NCBI GenBank assembly: GCA_029226225.1
Contig: JAQXXU010000107.1
Span: 6,532-70,531, forward strand
DNA: 64,000 nucleotides
DNA from: Lachnospiraceae bacterium
GTDB taxonomy: Bacteria; Bacillota; Clostridia; Lachnospirales; Lachnospiraceae
Direction of reading: 5' to 3'
Part shown: piece by piece, positions 19,163 through 29,162 of the stretch
Layout of the letters: each line of letters begins with the position of its first letter
Position numbering within the stretch: position 1 is the first letter of the stretch
The notes under the pieces: generated by a model
The model's database searches: none
What the model saw: only the letters and a program-made list of their open reading frames with translations
Told to the model about the DNA's origin: nothing
Position numbers and translations under genes: made by a program

Positions 19163-20839
19163 TCAAGCCTTTAGGTCACTTTCGTCAAAGCATTCAGCTA
19201 TCGGTTTACCCGGTGCTACCATCGGCCATACCTTGTCATCGCTTCCTATGATGGCGTCTATGACTACCGGTGTATCTGTTTTCATAGCTATATCCAGAGC
19301 ATCATCGAATTCCTTCTGGCTCCTAGCCCTAAGTCCTTTGGCTCCCATAGCTTCGGCCAGCTTGCAGTAATCAACGCCGTCATCCAAGACAGTGTTTGAA
19401 TAGCGCTTGCCATAGAATAAGTCCTGCCACTGTCGGACCATTCCGAGCACATGATTATTCATGATGACTTCCACTATAGGTAGCTTATTCCTGGTGGCTG
19501 TGGCTATCTCATTCATATTCATGCGGAAACAGCCGTCACCTGCTATGTTAAACACCTTTTTCCCGGGGTTGCCGATAGCTGCTCCGATCGAAGCGCCCAG
19601 ACCATAGCCCATGGTTCCGAGTCCTCCTGATGTAAGCAGCTGTCCCGGACGGTTGAACTGATAATACTGGGCTGTCCACATCTGATGCTGTCCGACCTCT
19701 GTAGTTATGATCGCGTCTCCATTCGTAGCCTCGTATATACGCCTTATGGCATATGGTCCGGTAAGTCCGTCCTTTGGAACAGTCATAGGATACTTCTGGC
19801 AGAGATCCCTCATGTGTTCCATCCAGTGATGGTGATCCATCTGCCGAAGCTTCGGGATCAGTCGTTTTAAAACTTCCTTTATATCTCCGATGATCTCAGC
19901 ATCTACTATGATATTCTTATTTATCTCAGCCGGATCCACATCTATCTGAATTACCTTCGCATTCGAAGCAAAAGTTTTCGGATTTCCAAGAACTCTATCT
20001 GAAAAACGTGTTCCGACTGCGATAAGCAGATCACACGATGATACCCCGAGGTTTGATGCCTTGGTTCCATGCATTCCAAGCATTCCGGTATATCTGTCTC
20101 CGGTTCCTGGATAAGCGCCTTTACCCATCAGCGAGTCACAGACCGGAGCATCGATCAGGTCTGCAAAGCGTCTGACCTCATCTGCCGCTCTTGAGATAAC
20201 AGCTCCACCTCCGACAAAAATATACGGTTTCTGGGACTTTTCTATCATCTCTACTGCTGTATCTATGTCAGAGTCTTTTATCTGGTCTGTCTTTCTCGGT
20301 ATCTCCTCTGGTTCCTCGTACTCATAATCAGTCTTCGCAGCTGTGACGTCCTTTGTGATATCTATAAGTACCGGTCCTGGCCTTCCGCTCTTTGCTATCT
20401 TAAACGCACGGCGGATCGTGGCAGCGAGCTTAGTGACATCCTTTACTATGAAGTTATGCTTGGTGACCGGCATCGTGATGCCAGCTATATCTACCTCCTG
20501 AAAGGAATCCTTTCCCAGGAGCGGCACGGTGACATTACAGGTGATGGCTACGACCGGAACTGAGTCCATGTATGCCGTAGCTATACCTGTGACCAGGTTC
20601 GTGGCTCCCGGGCCTGATGTAGCCATGCAGACTCCGACTTTTCCAGTACTTCTCGCATAACCGTCTGCCGCATGTGATGCGCCCTGCTCGTGGCTGGTCA
20701 GGATATGGCGGATCCTGTCCTTATTCTTATATAATTCGTCGTACACATTCAGAATGGCTCCGCCTGGATATCCGAACACTGTATCCACTTTCTGCTCGGC
20801 AAGACATTCTACAACTATCTGTGCTCCTGTAAGTTCCAT
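19163..20839 (-). CDS. ilvB: Acetolactate synthase large subunit
   Basis: FGYPGG, HEQGA, TSGPGATN, GDG TPP motif, GMVRQWQ. Confidence 0.96.
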   Translation of the reverse strand: MELTGAQIVVECLAEQKVDTVFGYPGGAILNVYDELYKNKDRIRHILTSHEQGASHAADGYARSTGKVGVCMATSGPGATNLVTGIATAYMDSVPVVAITCNVTVPLLGKDSFQEVDIAGITMPVTKHNFIVKDVTKLAATIRRAFKIAKSGRPGPVLIDITKDVTAAKTDYEYEEPEEIPRKTDQIKDSDIDTAVEMIEKSQKPYIFVGGGAVISRAADEVRRFADLIDAPVCDSLMGKGAYPGTGDRYTGMLGMHGTKASNLGVSSCDLLIAVGTRFSDRVLGNPKTFASNAKVIQIDVDPAEINKNIIVDAEIIGDIKEVLKRLIPKLRQMDHHHWMEHMRDLCQKYPMTVPKDGLTGPYAIRRIYEATNGDAIITTEVGQHQMWTAQYYQFNRPGQLLTSGGLGTMGYGLGASIGAAIGNPGKKVFNIAGDGCFRMNMNEIATATRNKLPIVEVIMNNHVLGMVRQWQDLFYGKRYSNTVLDDGVDYCKLAEAMGAKGLRARSQKEFDDALDIAMKTDTPVVIDAIIGSDDKVWPMVAPGKPIAECFDESDLKA

Positions 20840-22512
20840 TAGTCTTCTCCTGGTACCTGTAATATAGCGCCCCGGTTGCCAGATGTAACAAGGGCCTGAT
20901 AACGGCGAAGGTATCCTGTAGTTACCTTTGGTTCACGCGGTTTCCAGGCTGCCTTACGGCGAGCAAGCTCATCATCTGGTACCTCCAGGGTGATAGTCAT
21001 CTTCGGGATGTCGATGGTGATAGTGTCACCCTCCTCCACTAAAGCTATAGGACCTCCTACAGCTGCCTCCGGTGATACATGGCCTATAGAAGCTCCACGG
21101 CTGGCACCAGAGAAACGTCCGTCTGTGATAAGTGCCACAGTGGAACCAAGTCCCATTCCAACTATAGCGGAGGTCGGGTTCAGCATTTCTCTCATACCCG
21201 GTCCTCCCTTAGGTCCCTCATATCTGATGACTACGACATCTCCGGCTACTATCTTTCCGCCCTTTATGGCAGCTATAGCGTCTTCCTCGCAATCGAAAAC
21301 TCTGGCCGGACCTGTATGTACCATCATCTCAGGAACAACTGCTGAACGCTTTACGACACAGCCGTCCGGAGCCAGATTTCCTTTAAGGACAGCCAGTCCA
21401 CCGTTCTTCATGTATGGGTTATCTATAGGACGGATGACTTCAGGATTACGGTTTACGGCATTCTTTATGTTCTCACCGATGGACTTTCCGGTAACTGTCA
21501 TGCAGTCGAGATTTAACAGTCCTGCATCTCCGAGTTCCTTCATAACTGCATATACACCGCCTGCTTCGTTTAAGTCTTCGATATATGTAGGACCTGCAGG
21601 TGCCAGATGGCAGAGGTTCGGTGTTCTCTCTGATATCGGGTTTGCATAGCTGATGTCAAAATCGAATCCGATTTCATGAGCTATGGCTGGCAGATGAAGC
21701 ATAGTGTTCGTAGAGCAGCCAAGAGCCATGTCTACTGTCAAAGCATTTATGATGGACTCCTTCGTGATGATGTCACGAGGACGGATATTTTTCTTGAGCA
21801 TATCCATAACAGCGTATCCAGCCTGCTTTGCCAGACGGAGACGGGCTGAGTAAACTGCCGGAATAGTTCCATTTCCCTGGAGTCCCATTCCTATAGCCTC
21901 TGTCAGGCAGTTCATGGAGTTTGCTGTATACATACCTGAACAGCTGCCGCATGTAGGACAGACATTCTCTTCATAGATACGGACTTCCTCGTCAGTCATT
22001 TTTCCAGCTGCGTTAGCACCTACAGCTTCGAACATGGACGACAGTGATCTCTTCCTGCCTTCTACATGGCCTGCAAGCATAGGGCCGCCTGATACGAATA
22101 CTGTCGGGACATTTATTCTGGCAGCAGCCATCAGAAGTCCCGGTACATTTTTATCGCAGTTCGGTATCATGACAAGTGCGTCAAACTGGTGCGCTATAGC
22201 CATACACTCTGTAGAATCGGCGATCAGGTCACGGGTCACGAGAGAATACTTCATACCGATGTGCCCCATGGCTATACCATCACATACAGCTATCGCAGGG
22301 AAAACCACCGGATTTCCACCTGCTTCAGCTACGCCAAGCTTTACGGCTTCAGCGATTTTATCGATATTCATATGGCCTGGAACTATCTCATTATATGAGC
22401 TGACAATCCCGACTAATGGTTTGTTTATCTCTTCCTTTGTAAAACCAAGTGCATTCAGAAGACTCCTGGCTGGTGCCTGCTGCATGCCCCGCTTCATGTT
22501 ATCACTCTGCAT
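20839..22512 (-). CDS. ilvD: Dihydroxy-acid dehydratase
   Basis: [37 protein letters not shown]. Confidence 0.97.
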   Translation of the reverse strand: MQSDNMKRGMQQAPARSLLNALGFTKEEINKPLVGIVSSYNEIVPGHMNIDKIAEAVKLGVAEAGGNPVVFPAIAVCDGIAMGHIGMKYSLVTRDLIADSTECMAIAHQFDALVMIPNCDKNVPGLLMAAARINVPTVFVSGGPMLAGHVEGRKRSLSSMFEAVGANAAGKMTDEEVRIYEENVCPTCGSCSGMYTANSMNCLTEAIGMGLQGNGTIPAVYSARLRLAKQAGYAVMDMLKKNIRPRDIITKESIINALTVDMALGCSTNTMLHLPAIAHEIGFDFDISYANPISERTPNLCHLAPAGPTYIEDLNEAGGVYAVMKELGDAGLLNLDCMTVTGKSIGENIKNAVNRNPEVIRPIDNPYMKNGGLAVLKGNLAPDGCVVKRSAVVPEMMVHTGPARVFDCEEDAIAAIKGGKIVAGDVVVIRYEGPKGGPGMREMLNPTSAIVGMGLGSTVALITDGRFSGASRGASIGHVSPEAAVGGPIALVEEGDTITIDIPKMTITLEVPDDELARRKAAWKPREPKVTTGYLRRYQALVTSGNRGAILQVPGED

Positions 22513-22534
22513 ACTTTTCTTCCTTTCTTTTTAG

Positions 22535-22595
22535 AAAAAAGTCCCTATGTGCTTTACATAGGGACTACTATAGTTGATTTGTGAAAAAAATTCAA
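22535..22595 (-). promoter_or_regulatory. ilvD promoter (TTGAAT-17-TATAGT) abutting a terminator-like hairpin
   Basis: -35 at 22590-22595, -10 at 22567-22572; GTCCCTATGT-N5-ACATAGGGAC followed by a T-run on the minus strand. Confidence 0.55.
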
Positions 22596-22621
22596 GTGCG
22601 CATTAAATAAAATTCATTCCA

Positions 22622-22859
22622 TTATTTTGCATCAGTCCTGATCGATTTCGAAGTCCAGGCACTGTACTGCTCAACCGTCTCATCATCGTCTATCCAGTTC
22701 GCTGCACGTACTTTTACAGTGACCTTTGTGCGCTTAGGGACCTTTATAGTGCTCTTACCTGAGTATACGGTTTTATTATGCATCAATGGCAGTAAATGGC
22801 AGAACGATAAGCACGGCCATAATGACAGCGCCTAACCTGTAGATCATTTTCTTTTTCAT
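22622..22859 (-). pseudogene. Internally deleted secreted-protein gene (signal peptide joined out of frame to an FN3-like C-terminus)
   Basis: RBS plus MKKKMIYRLGAVIMAVLIVLPFTAIDA-stop, then in another frame NKTVYSGKSTIKVPKRTKVTVKVRAANWIDDDETVEQYSAWTSKSIRTDAK-stop. Confidence 0.6.
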
Positions 22860-22985
22860 AACAGCACCTAATCCTTTCTTTGTCAAACATCCATTCTATG
22901 GGTAACTTATCGCCGCAGTCCTTGATTCCAGTATGCATCTAATAAAATTCACAGACAATGCTCAGAAAAGTACTATAATAGGCAC

Positions 22986-23585
22986 ATGTCTGAAAAAAGA
23001 AATACATACAAACCAATTATAACCATACTGCTGATCGTGATAAACGTACTTGTCTACCTGGTCGAAACCGCAGCCGGAGGAAGTGAGAACACTGAAGTCG
23101 CCCTGCGATTCGGAGCACTTTATACGCCTTATGTGATCGTAAAGGGCGAATGGTGGCGACTCTTTACCAGCATGTTCATCCATTTCGGACTCACACACAT
23201 AGCCAGCAATATGGTCTCCCTGTATATGGTGGGACGTATAGTAGAAGCCTACTATGGGAAAATCCGCTTCCTGGTGATCTACCTGGCTGCAGGACTCGGC
23301 GGAGGACTACTGACTCTGGTGACAGATCTTCAGTCACGCGACTTCTCGCTGACCGCAGGAGCCAGCGGAGCCATCTTCGGGATCATGTCTGCCTTTGTAG
23401 TCTTCGCCGTAAATCCTGTAACCAGAAAAGCCTTTCCTATCAGGAGAGTCATCTCTGGTATCTTCTTCGCCCTGCTTCCAGGATTCTACACCAGTGGCAT
23501 AAGTGTCACTGCTCACATAGGAGGCTTCATCGTAGGGCTCATACTCTCCTTCGTTTTCTCTACGTCAAACATCTGTTCTGAATAA
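22986..23585 (+). CDS. Rhomboid-family intramembrane serine protease
   Basis: WWRLFTSMFIH, HIASN, GASG catalytic Ser, AHIGG catalytic His. Confidence 0.93.
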   Translation: MSEKRNTYKPIITILLIVINVLVYLVETAAGGSENTEVALRFGALYTPYVIVKGEWWRLFTSMFIHFGLTHIASNMVSLYMVGRIVEAYYGKIRFLVIYLAAGLGGGLLTLVTDLQSRDFSLTAGASGAIFGIMSAFVVFAVNPVTRKAFPIRRVISGIFFALLPGFYTSGISVTAHIGGFIVGLILSFVFSTSNICSE

Positions 23586-23648
23586 AATATACCATGCCTG
23601 ACTTCATTCGTCAACTATTTTTTCAAAAATCCTAGAATCTCTTTCATG

Positions 23649-23673
23649 AAAAAAGCTCCCGGAAACCGGGAGC
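23649..23673 (-). terminator. Rho-independent terminator of the MCP gene
   Basis: GCTCCCGG-AAA-CCGGGAGC with an A-run on the plus strand (U-tail on minus). Confidence 0.7.
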
Positions 23674-23687
23674 CAGATGCCCATATC

Positions 23688-25742
23688 TCAGAGCTTGAAT
23701 TTTGTGATATAATTCTCGATCGTCTCCGCAGCGTTATTTACAGTCTCCGCGCTTTCATTTACCTTCTTCGAGGAGTCAGCGACCTTCTGTGCTGTAGCGG
23801 TAAGTGTATCGACAGTGGCTGTAACCTCTTCTGTACTTGCACTCTGCTCTTCTGCTATAGCAGCAACTGAAGAAGCGATGTCGTTTACTTTTCCAACTCT
23901 CTCGATCATGTCATTTACTGTATTTCCGGTATCATCAAGGGATTTGAATATATCCCTGAAAGTCTCTCCAGTACTTGACACAGCCTCAGAACCGGCCTTG
24001 ATGCTTTCCATATTCTGGCTGGCTTTTTCAGCCAGTGACTGGATTTTCTCAGAAACCTGATCGATGATGTCGGATATCTGCTTCGTAGCGTCAGATGAAT
24101 CATTCGCCAGCTGTCCGATCTCAGAAGCTACAACTGCAAAGCCCTTACCGGCTTCACCTGCTCTGGCGGCTTCAATTGAAGCATTCAGTGACAGCAGATT
24201 CGTCTGGTCTGAGATCGAGTTTATCATCTCTATAATAGAAGTGATCTGCTCAGCTGACTTTCCTACTTCTTCTACTGCAGTGTTCATCTCTATCATGGCA
24301 CTGGAAAGTCCTGATATCTCTGTCTCTACATTTGACATAGCTGTCTGGCCTTTGTCAGCCTTATCAAGCATGTCTTTTACAGTCTCGCTTGTATTGTTGC
24401 CCTGCTCGGTCAGCTGATTTACCTCTTCGGCCAGCTTCGTGGCATTTTCCGCCAGCTCAGTAACAGCCGAAGCCATACCGTTCATGGTATCTGAGATTTG
24501 ATCCATCGACTGTGACTGCTCGGCAGCCTGTTCATTCAGAGTACCAGACTCGCTTGCGCTGTCCTTTGCCGCACTAGCCAGCTGGCTCGTCTCATCAGTG
24601 ATATCGAGAAGTGTCTTATGCATTCCCTGAACAAATCTGCCCATAGAACCATTCATCTGACCGATCTCATCGTTGGCAAGCTCAGTGCCATCAGCATCAT
24701 CGGACTTTGTAAAGTCACCACTGGCGATTTTCATGATATTCTTCGTCAGATGCGTAACAGGCTTTGCTACCATCCTGCGTGTGATATCAAGCAACAGAAG
24801 CGATATGACTATGATAGCTACGATTGCGATAACTATAGCTATGATAGAGATTCTCTGGACTCCAGCGTATACAGTATCAGAATTGACTGATGAAATAAGC
24901 GTCCAGTCTGTTCCACTTATCTTCGTGAATACGCAGGTATACTGGTTTCCATCATAGGATTTTACCTGCCTGGCACCCTTGGTATTCTGATCAGCTAATG
25001 ACTTCAGTTTATTCAGATAGGAGTCGTTCACCTCGGAAATAGTCTTGCCGTTATCCTCCTTGTGAAAATAGGAGAGGACATTATTCGTTGAGATAAGTAC
25101 TGAGCCGCCTGTCTTCATAGGTTTCAGGGCACCTACTTTATTCACGATGCTGTCCAGATTTATATCAAAGGCAGCCACACCTTCAGAACCGAGACAGTTT
25201 ACTTTTTTTGAAATAGTAACTACAACGCTTCCGGTCTCTTCGTCTACATACGGATCACCCATGACGAAAGTATCTGAATCAATGCCTTTCTTGTACCAGT
25301 CACGCTCAGTGATCACATAGTCATCATCAGGCACCCACCCCGAAGGATCGATCCAATCTCCATTTGCAAGTCCGATATAGATTCCATTCGGTGACATCTT
25401 CGAAACACTCATCGAAGGCTTAAGCGCATTTGCCATCTGCTCTACAGTCTTCATGTCTGAATTGACCACTCCGTCTACGGTGGCATTCATCGCATTTGTG
25501 AGCCCTATCAGCTCGTTTTCTATCTCGAGTCCGTCCTTTTCTGACTCCTGCTCGAGAGCCTGTGATGAAAGACTCGCTACGATCCCGGTAGTATTCGTCA
25601 CCATCACGACCACTACAAGCACCAGTGCTATAACCGTCACCGGAATAACTCTGGTGAGCACTTTCATCGCGATACTTTTATTCGCCTTCCGGGTGCCTTT
25701 GGCAGCTTCCTGCTGCACTTCAGTTTCATCAACCCTCTTCAT
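23688..25742 (-). CDS. Methyl-accepting chemotaxis protein (dCache-HAMP-MA)
   Basis: Two TM helices, RDWY/PYVD Cache motif, QTNLLSLNASIEAARAGEAGKGFAVVASEI. Confidence 0.96.
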   Translation of the reverse strand: MKRVDETEVQQEAAKGTRKANKSIAMKVLTRVIPVTVIALVLVVVVMVTNTTGIVASLSSQALEQESEKDGLEIENELIGLTNAMNATVDGVVNSDMKTVEQMANALKPSMSVSKMSPNGIYIGLANGDWIDPSGWVPDDDYVITERDWYKKGIDSDTFVMGDPYVDEETGSVVVTISKKVNCLGSEGVAAFDINLDSIVNKVGALKPMKTGGSVLISTNNVLSYFHKEDNGKTISEVNDSYLNKLKSLADQNTKGARQVKSYDGNQYTCVFTKISGTDWTLISSVNSDTVYAGVQRISIIAIVIAIVAIIVISLLLLDITRRMVAKPVTHLTKNIMKIASGDFTKSDDADGTELANDEIGQMNGSMGRFVQGMHKTLLDITDETSQLASAAKDSASESGTLNEQAAEQSQSMDQISDTMNGMASAVTELAENATKLAEEVNQLTEQGNNTSETVKDMLDKADKGQTAMSNVETEISGLSSAMIEMNTAVEEVGKSAEQITSIIEMINSISDQTNLLSLNASIEAARAGEAGKGFAVVASEIGQLANDSSDATKQISDIIDQVSEKIQSLAEKASQNMESIKAGSEAVSSTGETFRDIFKSLDDTGNTVNDMIERVGKVNDIASSVAAIAEEQSASTEEVTATVDTLTATAQKVADSSKKVNESAETVNNAAETIENYITKFKL

Positions 25743-25843
25743 AACTAGTACCTCCTGTAAAAAATAAACAGCTATTCCTTTTCAGAAAATAACTGTTTAT
25801 ATTTTAAAACAAGGTTATATATAATGCAATACTATTTTTTCAT

Positions 25844-26938
25844 TTATATGCGTTCTGCAACAGCTTTTCCCATAGCAGAACATCCGACAGTTTCCACAGA
25901 TGCTGTTTTTTCACGCGGGAGAATGTCACGGGTCCTGATCCCATCTTCTAAGACTTTTTTCACTGCGTTTTCTATCGCAGAAGCCTCTTCGTCCAGGTCA
26001 AGGCTGTATCTGAGGAGCATGGCTGCTGACAGAATGGTCGCTATCGGATTTGCGATGTCCTGTCCGGCGATGTCAGGTGCTGAACCGCCGCTAGGTTCAT
26101 AGAGACCGAACTTCGTCTCGTTAAGAGAAGCTGATGAAAGCATTCCAAGTGAGCCGGTTATCATAGCTGCCTCATCTGACAGGATATCTCCGAACATATT
26201 CTCCGTCAGCACTACGTCAAACTGAGCCGGATCACGGACTAACTGCATGGCGCAGTTATCGACAAGCATATGCTCGAGCTCGACATCCGGATAATCCGCC
26301 CAGACCTCTTCTGTCACTTTTCTCCAGAGACGGGAGGAATCCAGGACATTCGCCTTATCGACTGATGTCACTTTTTTCCTTCTCTTTCTCGCGATGTCGA
26401 AGGCCTTTATCGCGATGCGGCGGATCTCGTTTTCATTATAGGTCAGCGTATCTGTAGCCTGAAGCACTCCATTATATGACTCGGTGTGTCTCTTTCCGAA
26501 GTAAAGGCCTCCAGTCAGCTCACGCACGATGATCAGGTCGAATCCCTTATCGGCTGTCGTCTCCTTCAGCGGGCAGGCTTCTTTCAGCTGTGGATAAAGG
26601 TACGCAGGCCTCAGGTTTGCAAAAAGTCCTAAAGACTTTCTCAGTTTCAGAAGTCCTGCCTCTGGCCTTTTTTCAGGCGGCAGCTTGTACCATGGTGATG
26701 TCGACGTATTTCCACCGATACTTCCCATCAGTACAGCATCCTGCTTCTTTGCAGTTTCTATCGCATCATCTGTAAGCGGTTCTCCTGTAGCATCGATAGA
26801 ACAGCCTCCCATCAGGATGTCGGTCCGCTCAAAGTGATGACCATACTTTGACGCCACTTTTTCAAGAACAGTCCAGGCAGCGTCTGTGATCTCCGGGCCG
26901 ATTCCATCGCCCGCGATAACTCCGATTCTGTAATCCAT
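25844..26938 (-). CDS. leuB: 3-isopropylmalate dehydrogenase
   Basis: GDGIGPE, NLRP, RELTGGLYFG, VDKANVL, NMFGDILSD, GSAPDIAG. Confidence 0.97.
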   Translation of the reverse strand: MDYRIGVIAGDGIGPEITDAAWTVLEKVASKYGHHFERTDILMGGCSIDATGEPLTDDAIETAKKQDAVLMGSIGGNTSTSPWYKLPPEKRPEAGLLKLRKSLGLFANLRPAYLYPQLKEACPLKETTADKGFDLIIVRELTGGLYFGKRHTESYNGVLQATDTLTYNENEIRRIAIKAFDIARKRRKKVTSVDKANVLDSSRLWRKVTEEVWADYPDVELEHMLVDNCAMQLVRDPAQFDVVLTENMFGDILSDEAAMITGSLGMLSSASLNETKFGLYEPSGGSAPDIAGQDIANPIATILSAAMLLRYSLDLDEEASAIENAVKKVLEDGIRTRDILPREKTASVETVGCSAMGKAVAERI

Positions 26939-26961
26939 TTGATCTCCTTTTCCTATAAAAA

Positions 26962-27873
26962 CTAGTCTTTAAAATAGTTATCTATCCCATTTGCAATTCC
27001 GGTGACCATTTTTGCCTGATATGAGGAGTCCTCCATGTTCCTGTCATCGGTAGGGTTCGTCATAAATCCCATCTCGATAAGTGTCATCGGCATCGTAGCC
27101 CAGTTAAAACCAGTCATGTCATCACGCGGAGAATTTCCGAGATTCTTCATGCCGGTCGACTTACAGTAAGCCGTAAGTATATCTGTAGACAGTTTCTCGC
27201 TCTGTGATGACAGGTTGCCGACCCACTGGTTCGATGAGGTCGGATACAGCATCATGGCTCCGTTTGCCGAAGATCCACCGGCACCATTCGCATGAAGTCT
27301 CAGGTAGATATCAGCATTTTTTTTCGTGGCAAACTGAGCTCGTTCAGCGTTGCTGATCTTTACATCGTTCGAGTCACGGGTCAGGTAGACCTCATAACCT
27401 CTGCTCTCAAGCTCTGACTTCAGTTTTTTTCCGATGGAAAGAGTCAGCTCGTACTCGTAGACTCCTGTCGTCGTACCATGCGCTCCTCCTGTCACCTTGG
27501 CTTTTTTCGTGCTGCTTCCCGGCCCAAGCGGTTCAGTCGAACTGTCTCCATGCGCCTGGTGGCCCGGATCGATCACTACTATATGGCCTTTTTTCTCAGG
27601 TTCTTCCTTCTCTTCGGTCTTTTCTGTATCGGGTTCAGACTTACTCTCCTGATTTATAGCAGGTTTTTTCGGTTGCTGCTTTTCTATCTGTTCTGTTTCA
27701 TCTGCCTTCTCCGTCTCCGTGGTGTCATCCTGCTGGATGGACTTTGCCGTCACCTGTTCAGTCTGCTTTGGGCGTGACACCCTGTCCACTATCACTATAA
27801 GCGCGACCGTCAGCGCCACGATGATAAGGGCGGAAACCACCGACCAGAATACCAGTTTCTTTTTCATCTTCAT
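26962..27873 (-). CDS. N-acetylmuramoyl-L-alanine amidase (Amidase_3), membrane anchored
   Basis: IDPGH, E, LHAN, IEMGF zinc motifs; N-terminal TM helix and charged linker. Confidence 0.92.
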   Translation of the reverse strand: MKMKKKLVFWSVVSALIIVALTVALIVIVDRVSRPKQTEQVTAKSIQQDDTTETEKADETEQIEKQQPKKPAINQESKSEPDTEKTEEKEEPEKKGHIVVIDPGHQAHGDSSTEPLGPGSSTKKAKVTGGAHGTTTGVYEYELTLSIGKKLKSELESRGYEVYLTRDSNDVKISNAERAQFATKKNADIYLRLHANGAGGSSANGAMMLYPTSSNQWVGNLSSQSEKLSTDILTAYCKSTGMKNLGNSPRDDMTGFNWATMPMTLIEMGFMTNPTDDRNMEDSSYQAKMVTGIANGIDNYFKD

Positions 27874-27932
27874 TCCTCAAAAAAATAGCGGGAGGCATAT
27901 GTCCTTCCGCCATGATAAGCCTTCTATAAAAA

Positions 27933-28694
27933 TCAGAGCCCGGCAAGTGCTGTAACCGCATCCTTGGATCTGATAACCTCTCCATGTTCTTTAAGCATAG
28001 CTCTGATATCGCCGTGATTTTCAATCCTGCCTGAGAACTCTGATATGGCAAAAATAGAATTTCCGAGAGTCTTCTTTGTATCCATCAGATCGATCGTCAG
28101 ATAATATCTGTCGTCCATTTTATACAGGTCTGCGTCTGAATAACGGTTCATCGGCTCTATCGTCCTGCAGAGTGAGATTGCATCCTCCAGATCGTCAAAA
28201 GACAGTACCACTGGTATCATGACCGAAGTGTCTTCCGGAGTAGCAGAAAGGAGCTCTGTGACCTTTTCGGCTGGAAGCACCGAGATATTCTGCTTTCCCT
28301 TGAAGCGAGGAGCTATCGTATCTATCTCAACGCCCTCATCCGGGTCCTTTTCCTCTGGCTTCTGCTCATCTGGCTGCTGCGCATCCTGCTGGTTTACTAT
28401 CTGGGCTATGTCCTTGTATTTCTCGAGCATCGAGCGTACTGCTGTCTTTCTGTCTGAGAAGATCCTGATGCTGATGGAACCGTCTGCAAGACCTACCATC
28501 TGGACATTTATCTGGCCATTCTCTGCAGTAAAGTCAACTGTCTCCCTGGCTTCTTCGATGACCTCGTTTAAGAGCTTTCTAGCCTGCACCTGATCGTGCA
28601 TCAACTCTTCCATATTATCAAATCCACGTGCCGAAAGCTCTTCCTTCGAAACCCGGCAGGTGATCGAGTGCTTGTTCTCTTTCTTTATCAGCAT
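27933..28694 (-). CDS. mecA: ClpC adaptor MecA-like protein
   Basis: MLIKKENKHSITCRVSKEELSARG N-domain, FDDLED, LYKMDDRYYL, LKEHGEVI C-domain; start moved to 28694. Confidence 0.75.
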   Translation of the reverse strand: MLIKKENKHSITCRVSKEELSARGFDNMEELMHDQVQARKLLNEVIEEARETVDFTAENGQINVQMVGLADGSISIRIFSDRKTAVRSMLEKYKDIAQIVNQQDAQQPDEQKPEEKDPDEGVEIDTIAPRFKGKQNISVLPAEKVTELLSATPEDTSVMIPVVLSFDDLEDAISLCRTIEPMNRYSDADLYKMDDRYYLTIDLMDTKKTLGNSIFAISEFSGRIENHGDIRAMLKEHGEVIRSKDAVTALAGL

Positions 28695-28897
28695 AAAACG
28701 TCCTCCCTTCCGTCCTCGCACGTCTCCCTCGCGAACTGTTTATATTTAAAATATAATAACACACTTGAAAAATATCTACAACATCATATACGTGAAAAAA
28801 TGTGGTTGAGGATCCTCATAAAGTTTTGCAAAAATGCTTGACACATCTGTGGCATTATAGTAAACTATTCGAGTCGGCGATTTGAGAGCCGAAGTCA

Positions 28898-28970
28898 GCT
28901 GGCGTGGCACAGTAGGTAGCGCACCTCATTGGTAGTGAGGAGGTCACCGGTTCGATTCCGGTCGCTAGCT
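28898..28970 (+). tRNA. tRNA-Thr(GGT)
   Basis: Cloverleaf GCTGGCG/CGCTAGC, anticodon arm CCTCA-TTGGTAG-TGAGG, GGTTCGATTCC T-loop; TTGACA promoter at 28838; CCA not encoded. Confidence 0.96.
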
Positions 28971-28981
28971 TTACGCGTATT

Positions 28982-29144
28982 AAATGAGCGGTGCAAATGG
29001 AAAGAGCCGTTGTGGCTGCAAGCTTGCTTGCACAGCACACAACGGCTCTTTTCATTTATAGCGCGAAGGCGCGAATGAGCATGGGGCGAAGCGGAATGCG
29101 AATTACGCACCGCTCCATGGCAAAAAAAAGAGCACTGCTCATTT
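28982..29144. repeat. Nested inverted-repeat element between tRNA-Thr and lysA
   Basis: Outer AAATGAGCGGTGC/GCACTGCTCATTT; inner AAATGGAAAGAGCCGTTGTG/CACAACGGCTCTTTTCATTT around a GCAAGCTTGCTTGC core. Confidence 0.65.
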
Positions 29145-29162
29145 TTTAAAGAAGGAAAAAGA

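Noticed and set aside
20990-22534. Long plus-strand ORFs opposite ilvD (similar ones lie opposite pknB, MCP, rel and essC)
   Set aside because: Antisense frames expected from codon bias in the real genes
19163-26938. Missing ilvN, leuCD and other pathway partners
   Set aside because: Scattered amino-acid biosynthesis genes are common in Clostridia, and absence cannot be judged from one window
28982-29160. Lysine riboswitch or T-box upstream of lysA
   Set aside because: I could not find the conserved lysine-riboswitch core or the T-box GGTGGNACCGCG motif; kept only as an unexplained structured element
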